Positions 40,222-53,000 of a stretch of 64,000 nucleotides of DNA are shown in pieces; positions within the stretch are counted from its first letter, which is position 1; each line of letters starts with the position of its first letter. A program made the position numbers and the translations under genes. The DNA lies in NCBI GenBank assembly GCA_964187785.1, contig OZ076412.1, positions 31,372,001-31,436,000 of the forward strand, read 5' to 3'. The notes beneath the pieces are model-generated. The model was not told where the DNA came from. It did no database searches and was given only the letters and a program-made list of their open reading frames with translations. The DNA comes from Amphiscolops sp. MND2022 (taxonomy: Eukaryota).

Positions 40222-41339
40222 ATGGATTTCTTTCAAAGAAGCTCACCTTCAAATTCCATATCATTCGGTTCAGATAAACAGGGATTTCAGTTCACTGAAT
40301 GTGCACAGATACCAGACTCTGGTTTCAACACAATCCCTGCTCCAATCATGGTTCGTTCCCCACCTCCTTTTCCTCCTATTAGAGCACCCAGATCACCCAG
40401 CAGTACTGACAGTAATGTGGATGTCACTGCATACGCCGAAGAAAGGGCCCGAATCCACGAGGAGGCACAAAAGCTAACAGGCCAACTGAAGAGCGGGCAA
40501 CTTGCGGAAGATTATGAAGAAATAGAAGATGAAGAAGAAGACGAAGACGGAAAGAATGAGTCAGATAAGTTGTCTTTTGCCCATCCCAGGACCGAAGCAA
40601 CTTCCCTTCGCATTTCTACTAAGGCCCCTACACCTGGTACAACTGAAACTGCTGTGGAGCTGAACTTGACTCATTTGGAGACTGGACTCAGAGTTGCCAC
40701 TCCCTCTAGAACTGCACTGCTTGATCTATTACCGGCTGTAGATCCGGTTAATGGGACGTCTCCGGCGTAATTCCTGCAAACTGAAACTGATGACAGTTCA
40801 TCCTTTTGCGATGCACCCACCCTTCCCCAAGGAGAAAACAAAGTGAGATTCCCCGATGACTCCACTGGAGCCGAGGAAACCGGGGACGCATCCAGCCAAG
40901 CCAGTGGCCCAGTCCTATAAGAATACAACCCAGTAGAGAAGAAAATGAGCCTCCTGCCAGGGAGGTAGAAGCCTTGCCCGGATCTTCCGGCTACTTGACC
41001 AATCAGACAGCGCCAACCACTTCCGCGCCGCAAGATGCAGGGTTACGGGAATTGTCTGGACGAAGTAGGGCAATTCTGAAGCAGTACTTTGATGAAGATA
41101 CTGAAGCTATAACTTTCCCTTTAGGCCATCGAACAGTACCCTTCACAGAACCTATGTTGTATCATCTCTTTCGTTTCCTAACTGACGAGACCGTGAGAAT
41201 GTTCTACACCGCCATAGAACGAATGGTAATAGGAGCGGTCAGGGGAACACCGGTCACCTCTGGGTCTAGGATTGACCACTTCAAGACTCGGTATAGAGCC
41301 CAAATACCGAGGTCAAGGCTGTTTTTGAGCCTCAGATAG
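40222..41339 (+). pseudogene. Accessory ORF Y, copy C
   Basis: Stops at 40768-70 and 40918-20 plus the 5-nt insertion; otherwise homologous to copies A and B. Confidence 0.6.
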
Positions 41340-41492
41340 GGCGTCGACTTATGCAGTTTTTGGCTTGCTCCAACTTTCATCCGACATGTTCACTTCAACT
41401 ACTTCAACTTCTTCCTTACTTGGTGAATCGTCTGCAACTTTACTTTTGTCGGTGTAACCACAGTAGTCTGCTTTTCAACACAGCTTCAATCC

Positions 41493-41762
41493 TCACTTGT
41501 AGGAGATTCCGAACCGTAAGTTCATTTCTTGATCAATTACATCTTCGAAAATATTGACATTTTCTGCTCCTGTGACGTTCCTAGCCCCTTTTCCAATTTC
41601 CCTCCTGTTCTTACAATTGAGTGATGTGTTGAGCACTCGTTGAAGATCATCGTAACATGCAAGCCATCGTAAAAACGTTACGTAAACATTTGAAATAATT
41701 GAAAACTCAAATGAAATAGCCCTCGTTGCCACGATGAATGTTCTTTGACAAAATGAAGCCAT
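41493..41762 (-). CDS. Accessory ORF X, copy C
   Basis: 89-aa ORF homologous to 34221-34490. Confidence 0.45.
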   Translation of the reverse strand: MASFCQRTFIVATRAISFEFSIISNVYVTFLRWLACYDDLQRVLNTSLNCKNRREIGKGARNVTGAENVNIFEDVIDQEMNLRFGISYK

Positions 41763-42289
41763 TTGTTTAATTCAGTTCACTGTTACCAGTTTTCGTTACC
41801 AAGTTTGTCATTGATTCTTTTTGACTTTGTTGTCTAGTCCAAACCTTTTAAGTTCAAAGTACCAATGCCGGCAAAAGTTCAAAAGTTCATCCTTTCCGAA
41901 TGCTTATTCAATTCAAAGGTCAAAAGTTTTAACCGAATTACATGACCATCTTGCATGACTGCAAACTTAGTGAACTTTTAGGAACCCAATCACCTTTTTC
42001 CCGGCCTTTTGCAGGTAGTTAACTGGTGGCTTAAGATTGGTTCTTACGTTTAGTCCCCACTTTGGGTAGGCTCATTGGAACAAAAATATTCAGTTTGAGC
42101 AGTGACTCATTTTCAACATTTGTGATAGTCTTTGTCAATAACTGAGGAATGAGTGTCAACCAATTCACCTCAGCTGCTTCCATTGAGAACTGCTGTTCAG
42201 TTCACTTAACTCTTTGAATAGTTTAATAGTCTTTCTGTTCAACCTCAACTTTCTGTTCAACTCTGAATTAACTCTTGTTTCTTATTCAT

Positions 42290-43250
42290 CTTGTTTCCTG
42301 AGTTCGCGAGGCGCGCACTAAACACCTCCTATTAGCACTTGTTTCGCTATATCCCGCTTGGATGCAACTACTGATTTCTCGGGGTTTAGTAAGAACGTTA
42401 TGGTGGTACTCGATTCACTGTGATCCTTGCCTTTCATCTTGGAGCCACGCGTCCATTTTAAAATCAAAATGGATGAGTCGACAACCGGGTTGAAATCATC
42501 ATCGAATTGCAGCTTTGGGTCAATCTTTTTGTGTGTCTTGTAATCTTTTCGACGTTTGTTCTCATTGCGAATGAAACTCTAGATAGGCCCTGGGTGTTTC
42601 CTACTAACACCACCTTTCTCTCCAATCGAAGTTTTCTAGCCATACTTTCTACTAGCCCAATCACCCAGCGGTTTCTCACCGGCGAATAATGTTTTTACCG
42701 CTGTATTGTTTTTCAAATTGCCGCTGTCGGATCTGCTTTTATTCTCGTCGAGATTCCATGCTGGATTACGTACTCAGCTAAAATTTTCAAGAAAATTGTC
42801 GGAAGGTGGATTTGACGAAAACAACGCGTCTAAGCATCCTGTATTATAATCTACTAGGACTAACATTTACATTGTCCCTTTTGGGGCTTTTTGAAAAGAA
42901 CCTAACAAAATTTGGATCGAATTCAGCAAAATCTGACAAAACTTCATAGAATAAATTTTCCACCACCGGTATTTTCCTGAACACTTTTTGTGAATTCGTA
43001 CATGTTATATTTCAACCTGCTTGACAACATTGTGGAAATTTATTCACTTTCTCGACAAACTTTATGCGGATTCTCGGCCACCACTGCATCGCTTCTCTGT
43101 CACGGAGCTTGAATTGAATTGCGGTTGACTAATTATTAGTCGCGCATGTCTTTTACAATCACTATCCTTTCATTCAAGTATAACAACCTGCTGTCATCTA
43201 AGTAGGATCAGGTCAACTTTCCCTCGATGGAGGTAGTAAATGGCATTTTG
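42290..43250 (-). pseudogene. Gypsy integrase remnant
   Basis: LYLNERIVI.KDMR, WWPRI, C..C QAG, DFA, VLVDYNTG, EYVIQHGISTRIKADP, GLVESMAR..R: zinc-binding and DDE-core motifs, frameshifted. Confidence 0.85.
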
Positions 43251-43599
43251 TGCAGTATCAGGATTTCATACTAATTTCACTATATTGTGGGGGCGGTGGT
43301 CCTTCCCAACCTTAAACTGTACGTATACGTTGGTAATTGTTGACTAGCCTAATTGATGACTGCTTTCCGCTATTCTAGATGATGTGTTCTGACTGTTCCT
43401 TTTGACTTTTTAGTTGTCATGGCGTTCGACACCTCACCGTTTTGCTTTAATAACATCAATGAAGTTGCGGTAGCTTCTGAATCGTTCTTAGTTCCATTCG
43501 CAATTCTGTTTGGTTGCCTCGATTTCACGAGACTTGTCTCACTCAAGTCTCTCAAAATCATTGACAACATTTACAACTGTTTTGATTTTTTTGATTGAA

Positions 43600-43990
43600 T
43601 CCCAAAGTTGGCTTGAGATTCTAGTATTCTGTCAAACCCAAAGTTCTTCACGAAATAAGCGCCACAGAAAATCGAATGGATTTAACATGTCAGCCAATCT
43701 GGTTAATCTGCTTGAAAAACTATTAACTTCTTTTTCCCTTCAGCTCCATTTTCAACGCTTTGTGATTCACAATAGTGTCCGATTCTATCCCGTGAACATA
43801 AGTTGTAAGCAGTGATACCGACCGACCGCAATGCGACTGATTGGTATTGAATATTTTGTTTCAAACTCCGTTAAATGTCTTCATGCCAAAGCCATCCGTT
43901 TCCTGCAGTTCTTTTCCAACTGTTGTATTACTGGCAGTAACCTTTGCTCGTTAGCATCGCAAAGAAATCTCGATAGCGATAATGTTGGTT
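43600..43990 (-). pseudogene. Gypsy RNase H remnant
   Basis: LCDANEQRL, RHLTEFETKYSI, NHKAL, SRLTRLADMLNPFDF, RTLGLTEY. Confidence 0.85.
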
Positions 43991-44099
43991 TCGATTAGTT
44001 TTATCGTTTTGCTAAACCTTTTTACATGTTCCTAAGACCTCAATTTGCATCCCATTTTGGTATATAAGGATTTGGAACGCATTCAGCTGCTGAATACGG

Positions 44100-44740
44100 G
44101 AAAAACAAGTTTACTGAGATGACGACACCTGAACACGACATGAGAAGTTTCATATTCGAAGGTTTTAGCTTTTCTGTAAACCTTCCAATTTGTCGTTAAA
44201 TGGCAAACCCTCCAGTTCGTCAAATTGAAGCCATACCAATCAATTTGCTCTGTTGCAATGCTGCTCATCCCTACAACGTTTTGCAGTAGTAACTGTATGA
44301 AGAGTTTATTTGTTTGTGTACGTTAGACCCACCGATGAGTAGCATTTCAGGTCTTCATCACTGTAAAGTCTCTCCGACAACTTTTTCAAAATAAATTCTC
44401 AAGATTTGCTATTTGGTTTTGTCTTATATACTTGTCATATATATATTTTTGATTGCTATGTTTAATTCGTCCGGGTTCATGGGAATTTTCACAGATCGAT
44501 GTTTCCTCACAGTTATTACGTAGGCTGTATGCCTTTAGACATCATCATTTCTTTCGTCTACCTTCTCAAATGCCGCTCTTTCAATTAACCTCTTTAATCC
44601 AACTGTGATTTTTTTGAATTATAATATCCGTTATGTTCATTCGACTTCCCTTTTTATTGGATTTTTATGATTTTTAACATTTCTGTTTCGCGAAAACAAC
44701 TCTGGAAAGTCTCCAGTGTTTTATTTTGTTTCTTCGCTTG
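44100..44740 (-). pseudogene. Gypsy reverse transcriptase remnant lacking the YxDD core
   Basis: VITVRKHRSVKI..DELNIAI, DKY..NLENL, YSSVGLTY, TAKRC then jumps to IATEQIDWYGF at ~44275; no YxDD block in either copy. Confidence 0.8.
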
Positions 44741-44804
44741 AATATTTGAAAAATCTGACTCACGCACTGGTAATTGAACCATAATAAACTTTAGAGTCGA
44801 TATA

Positions 44805-45034
44805 TCTTAGTAAGATTTTTCTTGCCATATTGGGCTTCTTAGTAAGATTTTTCTTGCCATATTGGGCTTCTTAGTAAGATTTTTCTTGGAAACATGGCTC
44901 TCTTGATAAGATCTTACCATGGCATCTTGCAATTCTTGGCAATATCTTGTCACGATCTTAGCTAAGATTTTTCCAAGATCTTGGCAAGATCTTGCCAAGA
45001 TCTTACTAAGATATCCATGGAGGGTCGACCCGGG
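44805..45034. mobile_element. Right arm of non-autonomous family B element, with 32-bp tandem repeats
   Basis: Near-identical to 49750-49902; ends AGGGTCGACCCGGG|TA; 32-bp unit at 44805, 44837, 44869; no left end found. Confidence 0.75.
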
Positions 45035-45099
45035 TAGCCATTCTCATCCGATGATTCAATTCGAGACCTTTTGCGCGACTAGTATCTCTCTTTTTCTCT

Positions 45100-46010
45100 G
45101 ATATTTGTCGCTCACTTGCTGTTCGCAGAGCCACGTACTTCCACTGAGGTCACCTGATTGCCCTCAAAGGCGACGTATATCGCTCTCTTTCGACCGTTCT
45201 CCTGACTTGCAAATCCAACTGACTCGCGTGATCGGTCTGATGCAAATGTAGAGACCGGACCTGTCTATCAATAATTTCAATAAGCAACGGTTGTTCGTCC
45301 TTACTTGTACGACTTTGAAATACCAAATACGAACCTTTCCATTTTACAATCATTTCTCCTTCCTCAGAGTCTTCGTTATCTTCGTAGTAGTCAACCCTTC
45401 GTACACGTCTCTCGCTTGGTCTCTTTTTTGAATTGTCTCGAGATGGCATTTCTTCTATTTTTTCCTTTCACTTCGAAAAACAACATTTTCCAAAGGACTT
45501 TTCATGCTGCAGGAATTGCAGATCAATTCGTGTCCTTTTCAGGACCTGGCTGTCCGATTGTTCTTGGTCTTCCAGGCCCTTCTTCGAATGAATCTTGAAT
45601 TGCAGTGCTTCTGCAGAATCGTTTTTGGTTCTGTGCAAAATTATTCTTGGAGCGGACCTGTTTAAAAAAATTCGACGTGTTTTAAAAACGTGTCAAAAAA
45701 GTGCCTTGAGTCTGGTACCCAAAGTCGCAATTCGCAGCGAATCTGTTCAAAATATTCCAATATTGATGCAATGATTATGACGGTCGCTACTTTTCTGACA
45801 AGAATGTGCCCTTGTCCGACGTTTTTTTGCGTACTTCAAAGAACGCCATTCGTTGTTCTAACATTTAGCCAGATTTATCACTTAAATTGGCTTAATGCTT
45901 TTAGCTGTACCTTTCGGTGTGGATTGATTTTCTTTGTGTGAACATTTTGCCGTAGCATGTATCTCATGTAATCTGATGTAATTGTTGACTAACAAATCCT
46001 AATATTAGGT
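45100..46010 (-). pseudogene. Gypsy gag C-half and aspartic protease remnant
   Basis: FAANCDFGYQTQ gag block (~45700-45750), decayed zinc knuckle (~45490-45560), acidic linker DYYEDNEDSEE, frameshifted IID(T)G.PVSTF protease motif (~45240-45275). Confidence 0.65.
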
Positions 46011-48934
46011 TTTTTTGAAAGAAAAGGACCCCCTATTACAAGGATTCTTTTTATAATACGTAATTTTGCACATGTAAATGTAAAGTTTTTCTAACAAAAG
46101 CAGGAAAAGATGTATTATATTTTTGGGGTATCACTAGTTAAGGCTCCACATATTAAATTCGTCGTGAGAAGATACAAACTCACTTGGAAGTCTATTTTTT
46201 CCGGTTGAAAAAGATTTACATGATTTCTTGCATGTTAACAATATGTAAACAAATAGGTACAAATGTAAGTTATCACGTTCCAGATCAGCGATTGTTCATT
46301 TAATGCTTCGATTCCAGTTGTGTCATAATTGTGGAGCCACATCGGAAGAAAGTTCCAGCGAACTTCTTTTCGGATGGTAACATTCTAGACGCATTGCATG
46401 TCTCAAGTTAAACAACAGATTTGTAGATGAAAAATTGGGAGCTAATTATACATGTATTTTACCGTAAATACACATCTTGGCTATTTTTGGTAAAACACCG
46501 CATTTTTGGCTCCTTAATTGATGTTTTTGATATTGTTCTGGGGACACATTTCCTGTTGAAAGAAAGCAGTTTCAATGGGTGTGTGGCGTTTTCCCGGCAG
46601 AATATCAGTTACAGTGTTGCCGGTGATAGCGTATTCGGTTACAGCATGTTCCGGTTTCTTGGATTATCGGATATCACTAAAACCTCTTACACCGTAGTAT
46701 GTTATAAAAAGAGATTATTAAAAAGTTTGTTTGCCAATATATCTCTCTAATAACTGTTTATTGAAAAAATACAATTACAACATGCAGTTTCGAGCGCATC
46801 ATATCTCATTTCCAGCGAAAGAATTTACAACTTGTTTTGAATGCCCCAAAACTATCGTGAAGATGTTCAGGAACCAAGACACTGTGTGGCCGTTGCTTCA
46901 ACAATGTCCAGTCAAATTGCTAGCCAAATTGCCAGCTCTCGAACCTTTTTCTCTGACTTCTTGGAAAAAAATCAAAACAGTAATTATGCTGTAGGTTGAT
47001 GAACTTTTCGTATCCACAGTTTTCTATTTCAGATTAGTTGATCGTATGTTGAATAATTGTTTATGGCAATAATGAGCTTAATTCCAAGACGGCTTTCATC
47101 ACATTGCTTACTACCTGTTTCTTCGGGAGAAGAAAAGCATTGGTTTAATGTCAAATTCTTCTAATCTTTTGCTTTTTCCTTGATTTTGCGAGGTGACAGT
47201 TCTTTCAGATTGGGGAAACTGTTATTTGTTTGTTGTTTGTTACTTGGATTAGACATTATTTGAAGGCTTGAAAAATGTCTTGATTCCATTTAGAGTCAAT
47301 TCTAGATGCATAATAGTTTTGACCGCCTCAAATTCAACAGACACTGTTGGCGGCCGAAAATAGCGCTTATAAGAAACATGAATGTACAGGTATGCGTGCA
47401 TCAAACGCTGATATGACAGTGGTTGGAGCTTGGAGCCGGTTCGGGTCACTTCGGCTCGCTCGGTTCAGTTTGGTGGATAGTCGGTTGTTCGGTTGATTAG
47501 AGCTCCACAGTTTTTCCTTTGTGCCGCTGCTGAAAAGTAGTGAAGAACGCAAGAGTGCTTTGTAGCAAAAACTGACAGCGAAATGCAGCGCGTTGGCACA
47601 TGCGATTCTTAGAGGCAAACATTCATGTTCATAAAATATTAATTCACATTGTCGTGATATCAAAACGGCGACGCGGCAAAATCGATACACAATTGCTAGC
47701 TGAAATATTGATGTTTTCATTTAATTCACGGCTTCTCCATAATTTATTCATTAATTCATTTTTAATCCCAAAACATTCTGATATAAAAAAAGCGTACATT
47801 TATAGGCACATGTCGTCCAAAATCTGTGCACATTTTTCATCTAATACTTGTAAAAATTCGATCTTTCAATCCATTGCTCAGCTTCAAACGGAAAAGGTAT
47901 CCCAGGTAGGGATTTAGTGTTAAAAGTCAGTTTTACAGTCCGTCTTTTATCTTTTATCCCGTATTCCTCCCTGCTAATTACTGGATAGTAAGTTACACGT
48001 TTGCGCATCTCGCCTCTATAACTGCAGTCCCCATAAAACAATGAGAAAGCCGCGGCCATTACAAATGTATTTCAGATGTAACTTCTTGTTGTTATGTTAT
48101 CTAGCTTGAAATTTCGAAATGTATTCCTTTTACTTATAACTTATAACTTTCACCTGCTAAATTCGCCCATGATGTTAGTAGATACAAATACCAAAAGTCA
48201 TAAATTCAGATTACATTCCTTATGTAATAAAGACTTTAGGGCTTGTGCAAGGACATTTTTTGGTCTCAAATCTTTAAATCTCTCATGAAAGACCGTGGAC
48301 AGTAATCACTCAACAATAGGTGCAGGCTTCAAACATTAGCTGAGATTGCGATTTGCATTAGTACTTTCAAGTACATGTAATTCTAATTTCAGTCATGCAA
48401 ACATCAAATTCACAAGCATAACAACAGCCTTGAATTGTATTAACCCTAATTAACCTAGCGGTACTTTACAGCACCCTACCTTTTTTCAATTGCTGATTCG
48501 TTTTCTCAGTAGCCCAGTTTCTATAGCACAGTTTTTTTTTCAACAATTCGTTGGTACCTAGATTGATTTGAATGGCACAAGCCAGATTGAAAAAGTTAAT
48601 GTATCCAAAACTGAGAAAAATGCATGTTTTGTGCAAAAAATGATTATACTTTTTCAAAATTCCGTTTTTGGCGAAATATAGATTTCTCAAAAGTGCTGAC
48701 CCATAGAGAAAAGCAACTCATACCCTTCTAAAACAAGACCTTGTGCCACAAACCCCAGTGATATCCTGTTTTTATTACAAGCCCGCGCGCAGTGGGCCGC
48801 ACTAAAATGCTGAAGAATGGGACGCCCGGAGACAGGGGCTCAAGTGACCAAAATGAAAGCTCAATACCAAACCTTGAACACGCTATTGTGTTGTTTTTTC
48901 TGAGCTGTTTAAAATATTTTCTGAATTATAGTTA

Positions 48935-49902
48935 CCCGGGTTGACCCTCTTACTAGCATCTTGGCTGTCTTGGCAAGATCTTGCCAAATTCTTACTACAT
49001 CTTGGCAACCATGGATCCCATGGCAAGATTCTTATTCTTATCACGATGGACAAAATTTTAAGATTATAAAAAACCACTATACCTTTGGTACAAGCAGCCG
49101 AGACTCAATCTAAAGGCTCATTTCACCCAACAACGACTATTTCTACTCGTTTTCATAATCAAAATGCTTAAACCTGCTGAAAAAAAATTTGCATGCAAAA
49201 ATGCGTGAAAAATTACGATAACGTATTCTGGCTTCCGAAATTTTGACGAGAATCCTTATAAGTCCTCACCTGTTTAAGACTGAGAAATGCGAATGTACCA
49301 AATGAAAGGTCATATCGAGGGCTTTCCAAAACTTGTCATTTATCACTCCTGTCAATTCCAGAGGCGGAGAAATATGCTCTCAAACGTCCAGACCCACTAT
49401 CGGAAAGTTACAAAGGAAAGACCTTAAAATCCGGAAATTTTTGTAAAATTCATATTTTCAGCTTTCTTATAGCCTGTTTCAGCAGCCTTATTACTGCTAG
49501 AAACCGCGGTCGTTGCACTAATTTGGGTAATGATTCAGCTCGAGGCTTTTCTGACGCCGTTGTTGGCGACAGTTTTGCAATTGAAAGAACAATTTAACCA
49601 GCGTCTTCCTAAATGAATATCTCTTCAATCAAATTTTATACATTGCTAACAGAAGTTTTAATGTCTAACAATACAAATCTGCAGAAATGTTGATTTTTGT
49701 TGACTTCCTTTCAAATTTTTCTTTCCAAATAGGATTTTAGAATAAAAGTTTTCTTGGAAACATGGCTCTCTTGATAAGATCTTACCATGACATCTTGCAA
49801 TTCTTGTCAATATCTTGGCAAGATCTTAGCTAAGATTTTTCCAAGATCTTGGCAAGATCTTGCCAAGATCTTACTAAGATATCCATGGAGGGTCGACCCG
49901 GG
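48935..49902. mobile_element. Non-autonomous TIR element family B (968 bp; CMC/EnSpm-like)
   Basis: TIR CCCGGGT(T/C)GACCCT; 2-bp TSD TA (48933-34, 49903-04); subterminal arrays of AAGATCTTG-type short repeats on both arms. Confidence 0.85.
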
Positions 49903-51829
49903 TATAACTATAGTTATATAAACGTTTTCTCAGAAAAAAAACTTTTACTCCCACGAATCTCGTTGCTCTTTCCGAGATACCAAGGCAGCAGTTTTTGAAA
50001 ATGGCCAGCAAGAAAACCTCATAATAGAATCTACAAGAACAAACGGCTGCAATCGAGGTATGGATATTCCCATTAAATTATTAGTTCCCATTAAATGTCG
50101 TTGTCACTGTTGTATTTCAGACATAAAACGAATAAACTTTTAAAAATGATATTTCTCTTCTGGTAATAATTTCACTTTTGCACTGCTAATATTAGTGTGT
50201 GATTTCTACAATCATTTTGGCGGCACTGTCATTTTCTTTGAAGTGCACAACTTTTGTCAATTCTTGAAAACACATTTTGGTAGGTGAGAAAACCAACTTT
50301 TGTCAATTTGTCAATTCTTGAAAAAATCAAAACTTCCCCGATTGGCGTCGTAATGATAGCAACGTAAACGAAATTAAAAGTTGATAAACACTGATACGAA
50401 ATGACGAGACGCCGTTTAGCCATCTAGTTGGTAAACAACTACATGTGTTATTCTTTCATCCGGACGATGGGTTCGGTTCACCAACTCATAACACCTTCCG
50501 TCCCCCCTCGTGGATTCTTCCTCACTTTCTGCAGGTTCCCGGCCACACGAAGTCGGCTTTTTGAAATAAATCATTGTTTGTACCTCCATCATCACTTGTG
50601 GGTGGCGTGTCTTGCAACAACTATTATTTCAACCGTAAAAACTTTTAGTTCATGGAACACAACCCGAGGCCCACTTTGTTTTTGTTTTTCCTAAATTTCA
50701 AATTTCAGTGTGATTTTTGCTCGCATTGTGGAGCTTCAGTTTGTCTTTTGAGCTCGTTTGATTTGAATTGTATTCATTTTCTCCGATAAATCGTTGTTTT
50801 CACAATCGTTATCTTGGTAATCCACTTCCTCGTCTTCAATCCCTACGTCCGGGTATCTCTGAAGGTTCTCGACAATTTTCAGCTTTCCGAATTCATCCCG
50901 AAAAACCCTACCCCTTTGAAGCGTAGTTTTTTTCATCGACCACTGAAAGGTAATATCCGTTCTTTTGCACGATGTTGTACATTCCAAGTCTGAGAAGCAG
51001 GAGTAAGTGGGAAGGAGTCTCGCACTAAACCAAAAACTTTCAAATTTGCGAAAATTGGAGGGAGACCAATGGGTCCCCCTTAGGATTTTTTTGGCGCTAA
51101 TGCAACTTGAACAAAAAACTATTCAATCGAAAGCGCTTTTTAATTGCTACGAACAACAAAGCGTTTTGCCAGCATGGAAGGCCACGTTCGTTTTTTCGGT
51201 GTATTGCGACTTAATGAAAATTTTTTAAAAATTACAAAACACAAAAAAAGTGCTCAAAAGATTTAATTCAGTTTTTGGTTTTTTGAGGTTTTCTGAGAGC
51301 AAAACACTTGTTGGAGTATAAAGTGTGACCCTATTGATATTTTTTGGTCCTGTGGAACGGATGAAAAATTTTCAATTTTTGTTTGGTCAAAGTGTACCCC
51401 TTTCACGTTCATAAATGTTTTCGGCTGAAAAAAAAACATTTTGCTTTTTGTCACAAAGAGACATTGTCCGGAAACAACATGTTCCAAAAAAGTTTTAAAA
51501 TGGGTTTCTTGTTTCCAGTTGAGGAAAAATTGATATGCGAGTCTTACGCGTATCCCTTTGGGTACGTTACAGGATTGAGAGGTTTACAAAACTTCAGCCA
51601 TTGTATCCTTTGCCAACTGAAGAAACTTCTTTCTGTTTCTTTTTCAGAAATCAAGATTCTCGCGGCTTGTTTATTTTACTTCTTTGCATGGTCTTGGCGT
51701 GACTTATTTGTTCTGCGGTGTAGTTCTGGGACATTTCCTCTGCACATCGTTCATATAAGTTCGGAACATGCTGGCTTCAGAAAAAAACGGTTGTGAGGAC
51801 CATACGTCATACCTGACTGAAATACTATC

Positions 51830-53000
51830 TCAAACGAGTGTACGCCACCTTTCTTCATTATAAAAAAGCATTCGAATTAGATGATCATGAAATTCTGCAG
51901 AAAAAGCAACAGGATCATAAAATTATTTGGAAAACTTTCAATCTCATATGTAGCCTGTTCTCAAAAAGAAAAGCATGTTTCAAAGTGCGCGACTGTTACT
52001 CTAGTTTTTTCTGCAAATGAGGTTGGTCTTAGCCAGGGTGATAAGTTAATACCGGGATTGTTCACTATTTTTTTGATGACTTCAAAGCATACTTGAAATT
52101 GATTATAGTGAATTGAGTTTTCTATCCAATTCACTTGAAAGCAACTTGAATGCCATTGAGGAGAGGAAATATTCGCATTTTTGTATGCAGACGATAATAA
52201 TATTTTGACATGAAGCTGGACATGCAAAGAATTTAGAGGCTGCACATCAATGTTGCAGTAAGTTCAATAGCAGAACAAACTGTTCCAAAACAAAACAAAC
52301 GATCTTCTCCTGAGGTTGGGTTCGTTAATCGTCAGTGATGTTGAAAAACGACAGTCCGATATCAAGAGTTAATAACGTTTGCTATTCAGGAGTTATTTTC
52401 AAGTATAACAACTAACGATTAAAGAAACAACACCGACAAAGCAATTAAGACGTTATTCAAGTGAAGAGACGAAACAAGTGGTCATAAAGTTGCAATGCAG
52501 ACAAAACAACACCTGTTCGACTCAGTTATTTTATCGATCCTAACCTATGACTGTAGAGTTTGAGGACATGGACATTTCGAACATAGTGAATTTTGTCATT
52601 GGAATTAATTGTGAACGCTTATCGATGTTCGTAAAAATTCTCCAAAAGGCAATGATTTACAGATAAACAGCTTGAATTGAAATAGTTTGGGTTTCTGGAG
52701 ATGCTTGAGCGACGACAAAGACAAACTTTCGTCCCTTTTGTACAAATTTCTTCGAAACGTTGCCCATCCAAACAAGATATTGCCATGTTCAAACAATACT
52801 GGTAGAATGCGGCTCTTTTTAAAAAATTCACCAAGAATAGGCCACACAATGTGTCATTACAATAGTGGATAACATCAGTGAAAGTACCTCACTCTGCAGA
52901 GTGTATACTTTGTTTGAATACAAACATCGAATAGAACCATATGTTTTTACCCGGAAGACAAAAGATAGAATCAAATTGAGTAAGTTATTGACTCTCTATC
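51830..53000 (+). pseudogene. Decayed LINE reverse-transcriptase fragment
   Basis: YATFLHYKKAFE..DH, GLSQGDKL.PGLFTIF, YADD at 52184-52195, ILTYDC, YTLFEYKHRIEPY...KLSKL. Confidence 0.75.

Larger units (their letters stand above)
39381..44446. repeat. Outer tandem duplication, copy 2 (~5.07 kb)
   Basis: Colinear with copy 1; continues without a break into RT N-terminus, PR and gag, so it is the end contiguous with the parent element. Confidence 0.95.
30306..46010 (-). mobile_element. Decayed Ty3/Gypsy LTR retrotransposon with long 3' accessory region and internal tandem duplications
   Basis: Minus-strand order gag (45450-46010), PR (45100-45300), RT (44100-44740), RNase H (43600-43990), integrase (42290-43250), accessory ORFs, A-run PPT (30318-24), LTR start. 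RT-RH-IN order is diagnostic of Ty3/Gypsy. Confidence 0.85.

Noticed and set aside
33399-41033. Repeated 120-aa minus-strand ORF (MRRGSGWRC...)
   Set aside because: Overlaps ORF Y on the opposite strand; its recurrence is explained by the duplication.
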